A stretch of 64,000 nt of DNA from an uncultured Eubacteriales bacterium (GTDB taxonomy: Bacteria > Actinomycetota > Coriobacteriia > Anaerosomatales > PHET01): the NCBI GenBank assembly GCA_964492775.1, contig CAZBLH010000001.1, positions 70,188-134,187 on the forward strand. The letters are read 5' to 3'. Below, piece by piece: positions 9,529 through 17,900 of this stretch. Numbering within the stretch: position 1 is the first letter of the stretch; each line of letters begins with the position of its first letter. The translations under genes were made by a program, and so were the position numbers. The notes under the pieces are model-generated. The model saw only the letters and a list, made by a program, of their open reading frames with translations. It had not been told where the DNA came from and made no database searches.

Positions 9529-11358
9529 TTGCACATTACTAAGCTCCGCATTCGCAATTTCCGCTCACTGCACGATCTGACGCTTGCCATGTCGCCGTTC
9601 ACCGTTCTGTGCGGGCCCAATAGCGCCGGTAAGTCGAACGTGCTCAGGGCGATCGAGTTCGCGTGGCGACCGGAGGACGAGATCACGCCACAGCAGGTCT
9701 ACGCCAACCTTGACTACCGGAAGCGTGATCAGCGAGGCGGCCCTACCTTGGCGATTCGCGTGGAGATTGACTTCGCCTCTTGCCCCACTGAGCTCTGCTC
9801 CCAGTACGGCGGAGTTGATGGGTCTTTGAAGTATGAGTTCAGCGCTACGCGCAAGACCGCGACCGTGAACCGAAAATTCAACGGACACCCCGTCGATCAG
9901 CCTTCGTTCGAGCGTGCGAAAGAGTGCTTTGACATCGTCTATGTGCCGCCAATACGAGACATTTCCGCGGAGGGGCTGAAACCGTTTAGGCGGCTGTTGG
10001 CAAAGGCCGCCGCCAGGGCGCGCGGAGACCACTCTATGCGGCGTGTTGCAGAGACCGCCAGGAAAGTGATTCGGCAGCAAGCGGAAGTACTCCTCAAGAA
10101 CGGGGGCTTCGCGGCAGACCGTCTTGGCGCTGACGGACTACGTGCCGGAACCGACCGAATCGAACTCGACAACCTATTCGATGATCTGTCGCTTGAAGTC
10201 ATGTTCGGGGATCGCAGCGTTGAGCTGGAGGCCGTCGGAACGGGGCACCAGAGCGAAGTCGTGCTCAGCATGTATCGGCAGCTTGGAGAGGCAGCGCCTG
10301 GAGACACTGTCTACCTGTTCGAGGAGCCAGATAACCACCTTCATCCGAGTCTGATACGCGCGGTGGCTGATGACCTCATTCGGCTCTCGAGGAGCGATCA
10401 GGTCATCGCAACCTCACATTCTCCGGTTCTCTTGAATCACGTCGGGTATGGCTCGATACGGGCGTTGAAGACCAATGCCGAGCGAGAGACAGAGCCGCGC
10501 AATATGCAGGTGGCGCTGAGTGAGCCCCAGGTGCGTGCCCTGATGGCCACGCTTGGGGTCCGCGCCACCGAGCCGCTGCTTTCGCAGAAGGTAATTGTGG
10601 TCGAAGGGCCTTCCGATGCGGTGGCGATCAGTGAGCTGCACCGCCTGCGAACCGGAAGAACCCCAGACCAGTGCGACATTCTCGTGATGCCGGCGGGTGG
10701 CAAGGACATGCTGGTTAAGTTGTGCTCGCTGTTGCAGGGGCTCGACGTCGACTGGTACGCAGTGGTGGACAACGATGCCGCGGACTGCGGATATCCACCG
10801 GTGTTGACTGAAGCAGCCGCAACTCTCGACGAAGCTACACGAGGAAGCCTCGCCTCGCTACGCGCAGTCATCGACGACGGCACCAGGCGGGCACGAAGAG
10901 CGGGCAAATTGATCGACTCCCTTATTGACGAGCTCAACGGCGCACCGCCTTCAGTTGTTCGCTACGACGGCTCGCACATCGAAAGTCTCGTTACGGTAGC
11001 GGGGATCCTTATGCCCGCCGAACGAAACCAGCTGGCGACAAGACTGAAAAAGGGCGAACTCCGTCTTCCCCGGACGTTACTCAAGAAATCTCGTGTCTTT
11101 CTCTGTGAATCCACTCTGGAGGAATCCTTGGTCCGTAATCCGGGTGCCGTTAACGTTGTCGAGGCTGTCTTGCTGAAGCACCAGCAACAGCCAATCGGTG
11201 GCAACGATGCGGAATCAAGGAGACGTCTAGCGAGCCAGCGCCTGCATACGAAGGCGGGCGAGCCGGAAGTAGTGCGCCAGGCCGTTGAGGCGCTGGAAGA
11301 GGCGGGCCTGCTTGGCTACACCGACTTGAACTTGAGCTTCAAGTACCTGTTCGAATAG
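9529..11358 (+). CDS. OLD-family nuclease (ABC-type ATPase domain fused to a C-terminal Toprim domain)
   Basis: TTG start. Walker A LCGPNSAGKSNVLRAIEF, Walker B VYLFEEPDNHLHPSL, H-loop VIATSHSPVLL. Toprim glutamate in KVIVVEGPSDAVAISEL, then ILVMPAGGKD, and DxD in YAVVDNDAAD. 609 aa, the size of class 1/2 OLD proteins. Confidence 0.8.
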   Translation: MHITKLRIRNFRSLHDLTLAMSPFTVLCGPNSAGKSNVLRAIEFAWRPEDEITPQQVYANLDYRKRDQRGGPTLAIRVEIDFASCPTELCSQYGGVDGSLKYEFSATRKTATVNRKFNGHPVDQPSFERAKECFDIVYVPPIRDISAEGLKPFRRLLAKAAARARGDHSMRRVAETARKVIRQQAEVLLKNGGFAADRLGADGLRAGTDRIELDNLFDDLSLEVMFGDRSVELEAVGTGHQSEVVLSMYRQLGEAAPGDTVYLFEEPDNHLHPSLIRAVADDLIRLSRSDQVIATSHSPVLLNHVGYGSIRALKTNAERETEPRNMQVALSEPQVRALMATLGVRATEPLLSQKVIVVEGPSDAVAISELHRLRTGRTPDQCDILVMPAGGKDMLVKLCSLLQGLDVDWYAVVDNDAADCGYPPVLTEAAATLDEATRGSLASLRAVIDDGTRRARRAGKLIDSLIDELNGAPPSVVRYDGSHIESLVTVAGILMPAERNQLATRLKKGELRLPRTLLKKSRVFLCESTLEESLVRNPGAVNVVEAVLLKHQQQPIGGNDAESRRRLASQRLHTKAGEPEVVRQAVEALEEAGLLGYTDLNLSFKYLFE

Positions 11359-11411
11359 ACCAGAGCCACTATCGAAAGGTCGGCTCAGCGGACGTGAATC
11401 CGTACCGATGT

Positions 11412-11479
11412 AATCCCCCTCGAAAACCGTTTACCGGGCAACCCCCGGTACGAGGGTTCGAATCCCTCCCTCTCCGCCA
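11412..11479 (+). pseudogene. 3' half of a tRNA-Ser(CGA) (anticodon loop to CCA) with no 5' acceptor strand; putative att site or island boundary
   Basis: Anticodon loop CTCGAAA, a long 6-bp variable arm (ACCGGG/CCCGGT), T-arm GAGGG-TTCGAAT-CCCTC, acceptor 3' strand CCTCTCC, then G and CCA. The required GGAGAGG 5' strand is absent within 130 nt upstream. Confidence 0.6.
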
Positions 11480-11490
11480 GAAGGACATGA

Positions 11491-11528
11491 AGAGAGCCCG
11501 TCACTGGTGTGGCGGGCTCTCTGTTTCT
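11491..11528. terminator. Rho-independent-type terminator shared by the tRNA fragment / OLD gene (+) and the MFS gene (-)
   Basis: AGAGAGCCCG (11491-11500) pairs with CGGGCTCTCT (11513-11522), followed by GTTTCT. Confidence 0.6.
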
Positions 11529-11544
11529 ACTCATGCTGGTGCGA

Positions 11545-12879
11545 TCAGGCTTCGCTTGTCGCTGCCTCACCATCGACTGCCGCTTCTGCTGACGGCGCCA
11601 TCGCTGAGTCCAGTGCCCGTATCGCAGGCACAAGGAGGGCCACGACGGCGCACGCAACGAGAAGGACGCCTGTCAGCGCAAACCACGTCGCGACACCCGT
11701 GCGCTCAGCAAGGGGGCCCGCCAACAGGAGCCCGATCGGTGCGACAAGCATCGACAAGGTCATGTAGAGCGACATTACGCGCCCGAGCTTAGCCGGGTCG
11801 ATCAGCGTCTGGAACATCGCGGTGATCGGGGCACCGAACAAAGGCGCCGAGAATCCCATCCCTGTGCTGAGCGCTGCGAACGCCCAGAACGCCGTGACGG
11901 GAAGCAGGCCGGACAACCCGACCATCACGCCTATCAGCAGGAGCCCGGAGCTGATGAGCCGGACGCCGGAAGTCCGCGAGGATAGCCATCCGATAGCGAG
12001 GGATCCGGCGAGCATGCCTGCGCCGAATGCCAGCTCGACAACGCTGGCCTGCAGCGCTCCACCGCCGAAGTGCGCTTTCGTCATGAGAGGGAAGAGCGCG
12101 TTGATCGGCATGTAGAGCAGAGTGACGACCACGAGCACGAAGGTAAGGTCGAGCAGCCCGCGGTTCCTCGCGAGCTCACGCCAACCAGTCATGAACTCGG
12201 CGACGAGGCTGGATCCGGCAGGGTCGTTCTCTGCGCGCTCGGGATTGGGGATGCGCACGAGCATCAGCAGTGCGACGGCAATGAGGGCGCCGGCTATGTC
12301 GAGCGCGATGACGGTCTGCATCGGTGCGACTCCCATGAGAAATGCACCGAGCACGGGAGCCACCATCGCCACGCCGGAACCCAGGAAGAAGTTCCAGCCT
12401 GCGACCCGCATGAGCTGGTCGGCTGGGACGTACATGGGGACTGCGGCTTGGCTGGCCGGAGTATGGAACGCAGCGCCCACCGACCGCGCGGCGATGACCG
12501 CGATGATGAAGGCGACCGACGGCTCGCCAGCCGCGAAGGCGCCGATCAGGACCATGCTCGTTGCGGCTACGAAGAGGTCGGCGCCGATGATCGTCCATCG
12601 GCGATCCCAGCGGTCGACCAAGGGGCCGGCGATGGGACCCAGGAGCGCTTGCGGCAGCAGTGCCGCGATCGAGGCGTACGCGAGGATGGTCGCCGAGCCC
12701 GTCTCGGCCGTCAGCCACCAGACGAGGGCGAAGTTGATTGCGGAGCTGCCGAGCAGCGAGAATGCCTGGCCGATGAACACGATAAGGAACGTTCGAAGCC
12801 AAGGGTGAGTCTTCAGAGTCACTGGATCTCCAGTCTGCAGGTACGAGTAGGCGGGCCCCCGTAGGGGCATGTGCGCCAC
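11545..12879 (-). CDS. MFS transporter (MFS_3 / enterobactin-exporter-like efflux family)
   Basis: 444 aa and polytopic. It has WLRTFLIVFIGQAFSLLGS and GPLVDRWDRR motifs. It is a paralogue of 38239-39591. Confidence 0.8.
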   Translation of the reverse strand: MAHMPLRGPAYSYLQTGDPVTLKTHPWLRTFLIVFIGQAFSLLGSSAINFALVWWLTAETGSATILAYASIAALLPQALLGPIAGPLVDRWDRRWTIIGADLFVAATSMVLIGAFAAGEPSVAFIIAVIAARSVGAAFHTPASQAAVPMYVPADQLMRVAGWNFFLGSGVAMVAPVLGAFLMGVAPMQTVIALDIAGALIAVALLMLVRIPNPERAENDPAGSSLVAEFMTGWRELARNRGLLDLTFVLVVVTLLYMPINALFPLMTKAHFGGGALQASVVELAFGAGMLAGSLAIGWLSSRTSGVRLISSGLLLIGVMVGLSGLLPVTAFWAFAALSTGMGFSAPLFGAPITAMFQTLIDPAKLGRVMSLYMTLSMLVAPIGLLLAGPLAERTGVATWFALTGVLLVACAVVALLVPAIRALDSAMAPSAEAAVDGEAATSEA

Positions 12880-13010
12880 GGCCTCGCGATGCGAGGCGGG
12901 CTGCTCGTACTAGCGGATCCGGATGTAGAAGCGCACGGTATGTACTCCTGAGAGCGGCGACGAGGGAATGATAGCATCCGCCGGGCCAACTCCAGGGTGG
13001 CCAGAGCAGC

Positions 13011-13078
13011 AATCCGCCTCGAAAACCGTTTGTCCGGTTACCCCGGGCACGAGGGTTCGAATCCCTCCCCCTCCGCCA
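13011..13078 (+). pseudogene. Second, diverged 3' half of a tRNA-Ser(CGA); also lacks a 5' acceptor strand
   Basis: Same 68-nt layout as 11412-11479, about 59/68 identical by hand alignment. The variable-arm stem is kept through compensatory changes (GTCCGG/CCGGGC versus ACCGGG/CCCGGT). The acceptor 3' strand is CCCCTCC, and no GGAGGGG is found upstream. Confidence 0.6.
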
Positions 13079-13091
13079 GTTAGCTGGAAAG

Positions 13092-13139
13092 ACGTGGCCC
13101 CGGTCACCCGAACGGGAGGCCGGGGCCACGTTCGTGTTT
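13092..13139 (+). terminator. Strong hairpin terminator after the second tRNA fragment
   Basis: ACGTGGCCCCGG (13092-13103) pairs perfectly with CCGGGGCCACGT (13120-13131), followed by TCGTGTTTG. Confidence 0.6.
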
Positions 13140-13343
13140 GGCGGACAGCAGTCGCTCTGCGTGCCGCGCCGCGATCAGCCTCGCCGGACTCGGCACCCGA
13201 AATCGTCTTCATCAGCGCCGCACCGGTCTCCCCCAGTGAGTGAGTTGACAAACACTACGTGCCGCGATATAACGTAAACCGATATAGCGCGAAGCGGTGT
13301 AACGCCGCGCGAGCATCGGAAGACAGGACGGAGGCGAGGGCGC

Positions 13344-13670
13344 GTGGAAGAGAACGGACGTCCGCTAACCGAGACCGTGTACTACGTTCTGCTTTCGCTC
13401 GTGGACCAGCGGCACGGCTACGGGATCATGCAGTTCGTCCGGGACATGACCGATGGCCGGGTTGTTCTCGGCGCTGGAACGCTGTACGGAGCGCTCTCCA
13501 CCCTGCAGGGCAAGGGTTGGATCGAGCCAGCGGGGGCTGACACGGGTGATCGGAAGAAGGAGTACAGGATCACGTCTCAGGGGCGCGATGTGCTCGCATC
13601 TGAGCTCAGTCGGCTCGAGCGCCTCGTCGGCGATGGCCGAGCGATGCTGGGGAAGGAGGCTGCATCATGA
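13344..13670 (+). CDS. PadR-family transcriptional regulator
   Basis: YYVLLSLVDQRHGYGIMQFV...GTLYGALSTLQGKGWIE...KKEYRITSQGRDVL. 108 aa. Confidence 0.85.
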   Translation: MEENGRPLTETVYYVLLSLVDQRHGYGIMQFVRDMTDGRVVLGAGTLYGALSTLQGKGWIEPAGADTGDRKKEYRITSQGRDVLASELSRLERLVGDGRAMLGKEAAS

Positions 13671-14215
13671 GCGAGCGAGTCGTGCGGAAGATGTACCTGG
13701 ACTTTGAGAAGGAGGAGCGGTGGCTGAACCACATGGCCGCCGAGGGTTGGGAGTTGGTCCGCCACACATGGTGCCGCTACGTCTTTGAAAAGGGTGTGCC
13801 CGGCCGCTATGTGTACCGGATCCAGCTACTGCCGGACCCGGCTTCTGCGCCGGAGAGCCACGAGTACCTGGGCTTCCTTGAGGAGGCCGGTGTTGAAGTG
13901 GTCGACACATACCAACGCTGGGTCTACGTCCGCAAGTCCGCTGACGGTCAGCCATTCGAGCTGTTCAGCGACGGTCAATCCAGGCTGGCCCACCACAAGC
14001 GTGTCGCCGGAGTCTTCGCTGCCATCGCCGCCGCGCAGCTGCCCCTCATGGCCGCCAATGCGACCAACGTGGCGACTAGCATCCGGGAGCGCGCCTACTT
14101 CCCCCTGCCACTCTTCGTCGTGCACGTGGCGCTCGTCGCGGTGCTCGTGGCAGTCGCGTTGCGACAGCTTGCGGCGGTGCGGCGCCTGGAGCAGGAAGCG
14201 GTGGTTCACGAGTAG
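13667..14215 (+). CDS. DUF2812-like membrane protein (usual PadR partner)
   Basis: ATGA overlap with padR. EKEERWLNHMAAEGWELV motif and two C-terminal TM segments. Confidence 0.6.
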   Translation: MSERVVRKMYLDFEKEERWLNHMAAEGWELVRHTWCRYVFEKGVPGRYVYRIQLLPDPASAPESHEYLGFLEEAGVEVVDTYQRWVYVRKSADGQPFELFSDGQSRLAHHKRVAGVFAAIAAAQLPLMAANATNVATSIRERAYFPLPLFVVHVALVAVLVAVALRQLAAVRRLEQEAVVHE

Positions 14216-14346
14216 AGCTTCGCGCTGAAGCCACGTCGTGCGGCGGATTGGGTCGGCGTTTGTCGGGACGCAGCAGGCTCCCTCCGAGCCCCGTGATGTA
14301 TCCTGCTGACGCGGGCGACTGCTCTCGTCGATCAGGAGTATCGGGC

Positions 14347-16479
14347 GTGCTCCAGCGAATGACCATCATCGGGCTCACGGCAGCCCTGCTCGGCTCGACG
14401 CTTGCGCCTGCGCCAGCCGCGGTGCGCTCGGCTCAGGCCGAGTCCCGCATCGAGACAGCCCAGCGCATCGCCGACGAGAAGCTCGCGCTCACCGACGCGA
14501 CCGTCCCGGTCGGCAGGTATCCGTTCTATACGAGCGGGCCGAGCGACTGGAAGCTCGATGGCGGCACCGGTTGGGTCTACGGCTTCCTGCCAGGCAGCTT
14601 GTGGTACCGGTACGAGCGCGTCGGCGATGAGGCGGCGCGGGCCTCGGCAATCCGTCGGCAGCTCACGCTCGCGCCGAACGCGCGCACGACGCGCAATCAC
14701 GACATCGGCTTCATGTTCCTCACGAGCTACGGCAACGGCTATCGGCTCACCGGCGACCCGCAGATGCGCCAGACGTTGCTCACGGCTGCCGACTCGCTCT
14801 CCGAACGCTACGACTCCCGCGTCGGCATGGTTCGCACCACCAACACGCCGAACGACTTCTGGGTCTACAACGACACGATGATGAACATCGAGCTGCTGTT
14901 CTGGGGAGCGCGGAACGGCGGCGACCCCAAATGGCGCTCGGCGGCCTCCTCACATGCGCTGCGGACCGCCGAGGACTTCCTGCGCCCCGGCGGCGGCAGC
15001 TACCACTACGTCGCGTACAGCGAGACCACCGGTCGGCCGCTGCGCAAGGGGCAGGGCCAGGGCTACGCCGACGAAAGCACCTGGTCGCGCGGACAGGCTT
15101 GGATCATCTACGGCATGACGGTCGCCTATCGCGAGACAGGCGACGCGCGCTTCCTCACTGCTGCCCGCCGAGCGACTGAGTACTGGATCGCGAACGTTCC
15201 CGAGGACTTCGTGCCCTACTGGGACTTCAACGCGCCGAACATCCCCGATGAGCCCCGTGACAGCTCGGCAGCAGCGGTCGTTGCCTCAGCGTGCCTCGAA
15301 CTCGCCGAGCTCGACCCTGACCGGGCGTGGCGGACGACCTACCGCGACCTCGCCGAATCCACCCTCCAGAGCCTGAGCTCCTCGGCCTATCTCGCCGACG
15401 CCGATCCGCTGCCGGCGGTTCTTAGGCACGGCACGCACGCCAAGATGCTCGGCGCTTACGACCACGGGACCTCCTGGGGCGACTACTACTTCCGCGAGGC
15501 GCTCATGCGCCTGACAACGCCGGTCGAGCGCGTGGGCGGTCCGGATCGCTACCACACGTCGGCGCGCACGAGCTCAGCCGCGTTCGACTCGGCCGATGTG
15601 GCCGTGGTCGCGAGCGGGGAGGGCTTCGCCGATGCGCTGGCAGCGAGCGCTCTGGCTGGCTCGCTCGACGCTCCCGTGTTGCTCACCGGCCGAGCGAGCG
15701 TCCCGGGGCCGATTCGCTCCGAGATCGTGCGCCTTGGTGTTCGCCGAGTGATCGTTGTCGGCGGCACGAACGCCGTTTCGGCGCAGGCCGAATCCGAGCT
15801 GGCGGGGCTCCCCGGCATCGAGCGTGTGGAGCGCATCGCCGGGCAGGACCGCTACTCCACAGCTGCGAGCATCGCCGAGCAGTCCGCCGAGTCCGGCGTC
15901 CCGCTTCTCTTCATCGCGCGAGGCGACGAGTTCGCAGACGCGCTCGCGGCTGGGCCTGTCGCCTACGCTCAGGGCGCACCCGTCCTGCTCACCACCGGAA
16001 GCGCACTCCATCCTGACGCCGAGGCAGCGCTTCGGGCGCTACGTCCCGGTCGGGTCGTCGTGCTCGGCGGCAAGAGCTCTATCTCCGCCGCTGTGGAGGA
16101 CAGAGTCCGTCAAGTCATGACCGAGAAGACCTCACTGGAGCCCCGGACCACGGCGCCTGACAGCACCAGGATCGGAGGCACTGATCGCTACGACACTGCG
16201 GCCCTAGTCGCGCAGTGGGCGGATGTGGAGGGCTATGCCAACTTGAGCCACATCGCTGTGGTGTCCGGAGGCGCGTTCCCTGATGCCCTCGGGGCTGCGG
16301 CTGCTGTCGGAAGTCAAGGCGGCGTGCTGCTGATGAGCGCTCGCGACAAGCTCGCGGTGCCGACTTGGGGCGCGCTGGGGTCGGCGGCGGCAGAAGGCGA
16401 GCCTCGCGTGACCGTGTACGGCGGCGAGAGTGTCGTTTCCGGCCGAGTGGCACATGAGATCTTCGTCCGCGTCCGGTGA
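14347..16479 (+). CDS. Secreted glycoside hydrolase family 88-like enzyme with three C-terminal cell-wall-binding repeat 2 (CWB2) modules
   Basis: GTG at 14347 is preceded by AGGAG, and a signal peptide follows (MTIIGLTAALLGSTLAPAPAAVRSAQA). GH88-like motifs NHDIGFMF and TWSRGQAWIIYGM. Three repeats of the form G.DRY.T...ADAL...PVLLT. Confidence 0.7.
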   Translation: MLQRMTIIGLTAALLGSTLAPAPAAVRSAQAESRIETAQRIADEKLALTDATVPVGRYPFYTSGPSDWKLDGGTGWVYGFLPGSLWYRYERVGDEAARASAIRRQLTLAPNARTTRNHDIGFMFLTSYGNGYRLTGDPQMRQTLLTAADSLSERYDSRVGMVRTTNTPNDFWVYNDTMMNIELLFWGARNGGDPKWRSAASSHALRTAEDFLRPGGGSYHYVAYSETTGRPLRKGQGQGYADESTWSRGQAWIIYGMTVAYRETGDARFLTAARRATEYWIANVPEDFVPYWDFNAPNIPDEPRDSSAAAVVASACLELAELDPDRAWRTTYRDLAESTLQSLSSSAYLADADPLPAVLRHGTHAKMLGAYDHGTSWGDYYFREALMRLTTPVERVGGPDRYHTSARTSSAAFDSADVAVVASGEGFADALAASALAGSLDAPVLLTGRASVPGPIRSEIVRLGVRRVIVVGGTNAVSAQAESELAGLPGIERVERIAGQDRYSTAASIAEQSAESGVPLLFIARGDEFADALAAGPVAYAQGAPVLLTTGSALHPDAEAALRALRPGRVVVLGGKSSISAAVEDRVRQVMTEKTSLEPRTTAPDSTRIGGTDRYDTAALVAQWADVEGYANLSHIAVVSGGAFPDALGAAAAVGSQGGVLLMSARDKLAVPTWGALGSAAAEGEPRVTVYGGESVVSGRVAHEIFVRVR

Positions 16480-16541
16480 ACGTCCCGGGGGGATAATCAC
16501 TCGTAGAATCGCGTGACCGACGCCGATGCTCCGGAGGCCTG

Positions 16542-17183
16542 GTGGAAGAACTCAGCATTCTTGAGGCGGGAATCCGCGTGCTGGCCGCCGCCGTCGCCGG
16601 GTTGCTTATCGGACTTGAGCGCGAGCGGCTCGACAAGACCGCCGGCCTCAGGACACTCGCGCTTGTCTCGAGCGGCTGCGCGATCTTCGTGGTCACCGCC
16701 GCAATCGCCGCTCCGACCGAGATCGTGCGCTTGGCTGCGGGTGCGGTTACGGGCATCGGATTTCTCGGCGCTGGGGTGATCCTGCAGGAGCGCGGTCAGG
16801 TGCTGGGACTCACAACGGCGGCCACCGTGTGGACGGCGGCTGCTCTCGGCGTGTCGGCAGGGCTCGGTGCGTTGCCCATCACCGCCATCGGAACGGTGCT
16901 GGCGCTGTTCCTCCTCAGCGGGCTAGGCAGCCTCGACCTGAGCCGCATTCAGCGCGATTCGCGCGTGTACGAGATCACCTACCGCTCGCCCGAGTGGGAG
17001 GAGGCGGCAGCGGCGCAGCCCCTCAGAGACGCCGGGCTGGATGTCTCGCTGATCGCGTTCGCGTGGAGTGGTGAGTGTGCCACCGCGACTTGGCGTGCTG
17101 TCGGGCAAGCGCCCGCGCACGAGCGAGGAATGCGGGCGCTCAAGGGCGACCCGACGGTCGCGTCGTTCACGACGAGGGATTAG
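16542..17183 (+). CDS. MgtC/SapB-family membrane protein
   Basis: LLIGLERERLDKTAGLRT motif, four to five TM segments, and a soluble C-terminal domain. Confidence 0.75.
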   Translation: MEELSILEAGIRVLAAAVAGLLIGLERERLDKTAGLRTLALVSSGCAIFVVTAAIAAPTEIVRLAAGAVTGIGFLGAGVILQERGQVLGLTTAATVWTAAALGVSAGLGALPITAIGTVLALFLLSGLGSLDLSRIQRDSRVYEITYRSPEWEEAAAAQPLRDAGLDVSLIAFAWSGECATATWRAVGQAPAHERGMRALKGDPTVASFTTRD

Positions 17184-17209
17184 CGGGCCCACCGGAAGAG
17201 CACCGGCGG

Positions 17210-17890
17210 CTACTGAGCGGCAGCGGTCTCCACGACACGGCCATCCAGCAGCCGGAGCTGCTCGTCGGCGAACTCGGCCATCCTGACATCGTGAGTCACC
17301 ATGACGCACGTCATCGAGCGTTCATGCACCTGCCGCCTCAGCAGCTCGACCACCTGAAGCCCGCGGTCAGTGTCCAGAGACGCGGTCGGCTCGTCGACCA
17401 GCATGATCTGCGGTCGGTTCATCAGGGCGCGCGCGATCGCGACACGCTGGCGCTCGCCACCTGAGAGTTCCTGAGGCTTGTGCGATGCCCGCTCGGCCAT
17501 CCCTACCGAATCCAGGAGTTCATCGGCACGATCGCGGTCCTGCTGGCGCACTCGTCCGCCGAGATGAGCGACGAGCAGCAGGTTCTCCTTCGCGCTGAGG
17601 TACGGCACGAGATGGTGCTCCTGGAAGACGATGCCGATGTTCTTCAGTCGAAAGCGCGCCGCGTCCCTTGCTGAGCGCAGATGCACGGGATGCCCCGCGA
17701 TGATGATCTCGCCGGCGGTTGGTGTCAGGAGCCCGGCAATGATCGAGATCAGCGTCGTCTTGCCAGAGCCTGACGGGCCGAGCACCGCGAGCATCCTGCC
17801 CGCATCCAGCTTGAACGAGACATCGTCGAGGGCCACGACCTCGGTGTGGCCGCTGCCGTGTCGCTTGCTGATGTTCCGGACCTCCAGCAT
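17210..17890 (-). CDS. ABC transporter ATP-binding protein (MacB/LolD/FtsE-like)
   Basis: Walker A GPSGSGKTT, signature [15 protein letters not shown], Walker B IMLVDEPTASLD. Confidence 0.9.
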   Translation of the reverse strand: MLEVRNISKRHGSGHTEVVALDDVSFKLDAGRMLAVLGPSGSGKTTLISIIAGLLTPTAGEIIIAGHPVHLRSARDAARFRLKNIGIVFQEHHLVPYLSAKENLLLVAHLGGRVRQQDRDRADELLDSVGMAERASHKPQELSGGERQRVAIARALMNRPQIMLVDEPTASLDTDRGLQVVELLRRQVHERSMTCVMVTHDVRMAEFADEQLRLLDGRVVETAAAQ

Positions 17891-17900
17891 GCCGCTCCTC

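Noticed and set aside
9529-11358. Calling the OLD-family gene Gabija GajA, PARIS, or a retron effector.
   Set aside because: No UvrD-like helicase, separate DUF4435/Toprim protein, reverse transcriptase or msr-msd-like structured repeat is adjacent. The gene is followed directly by the tRNA fragment and a terminator.
12961-13078. Whether either tRNA-like locus is a complete tRNA-Ser, tRNA-Sec or tmRNA, or whether 12985-13016 is an SRP-RNA-like piece (CCAGGGTGGCCAGAGCAGCAA).
   Set aside because: There is no 5' acceptor strand (GGAGGGG or GGAGAGG), no D-arm and no 5' anticodon-stem complement. The anticodon is CGA, not UCA. There is no GGAA tetraloop or symmetric-loop context for SRP RNA, and the acceptor is not alanine-type as tmRNA would require.
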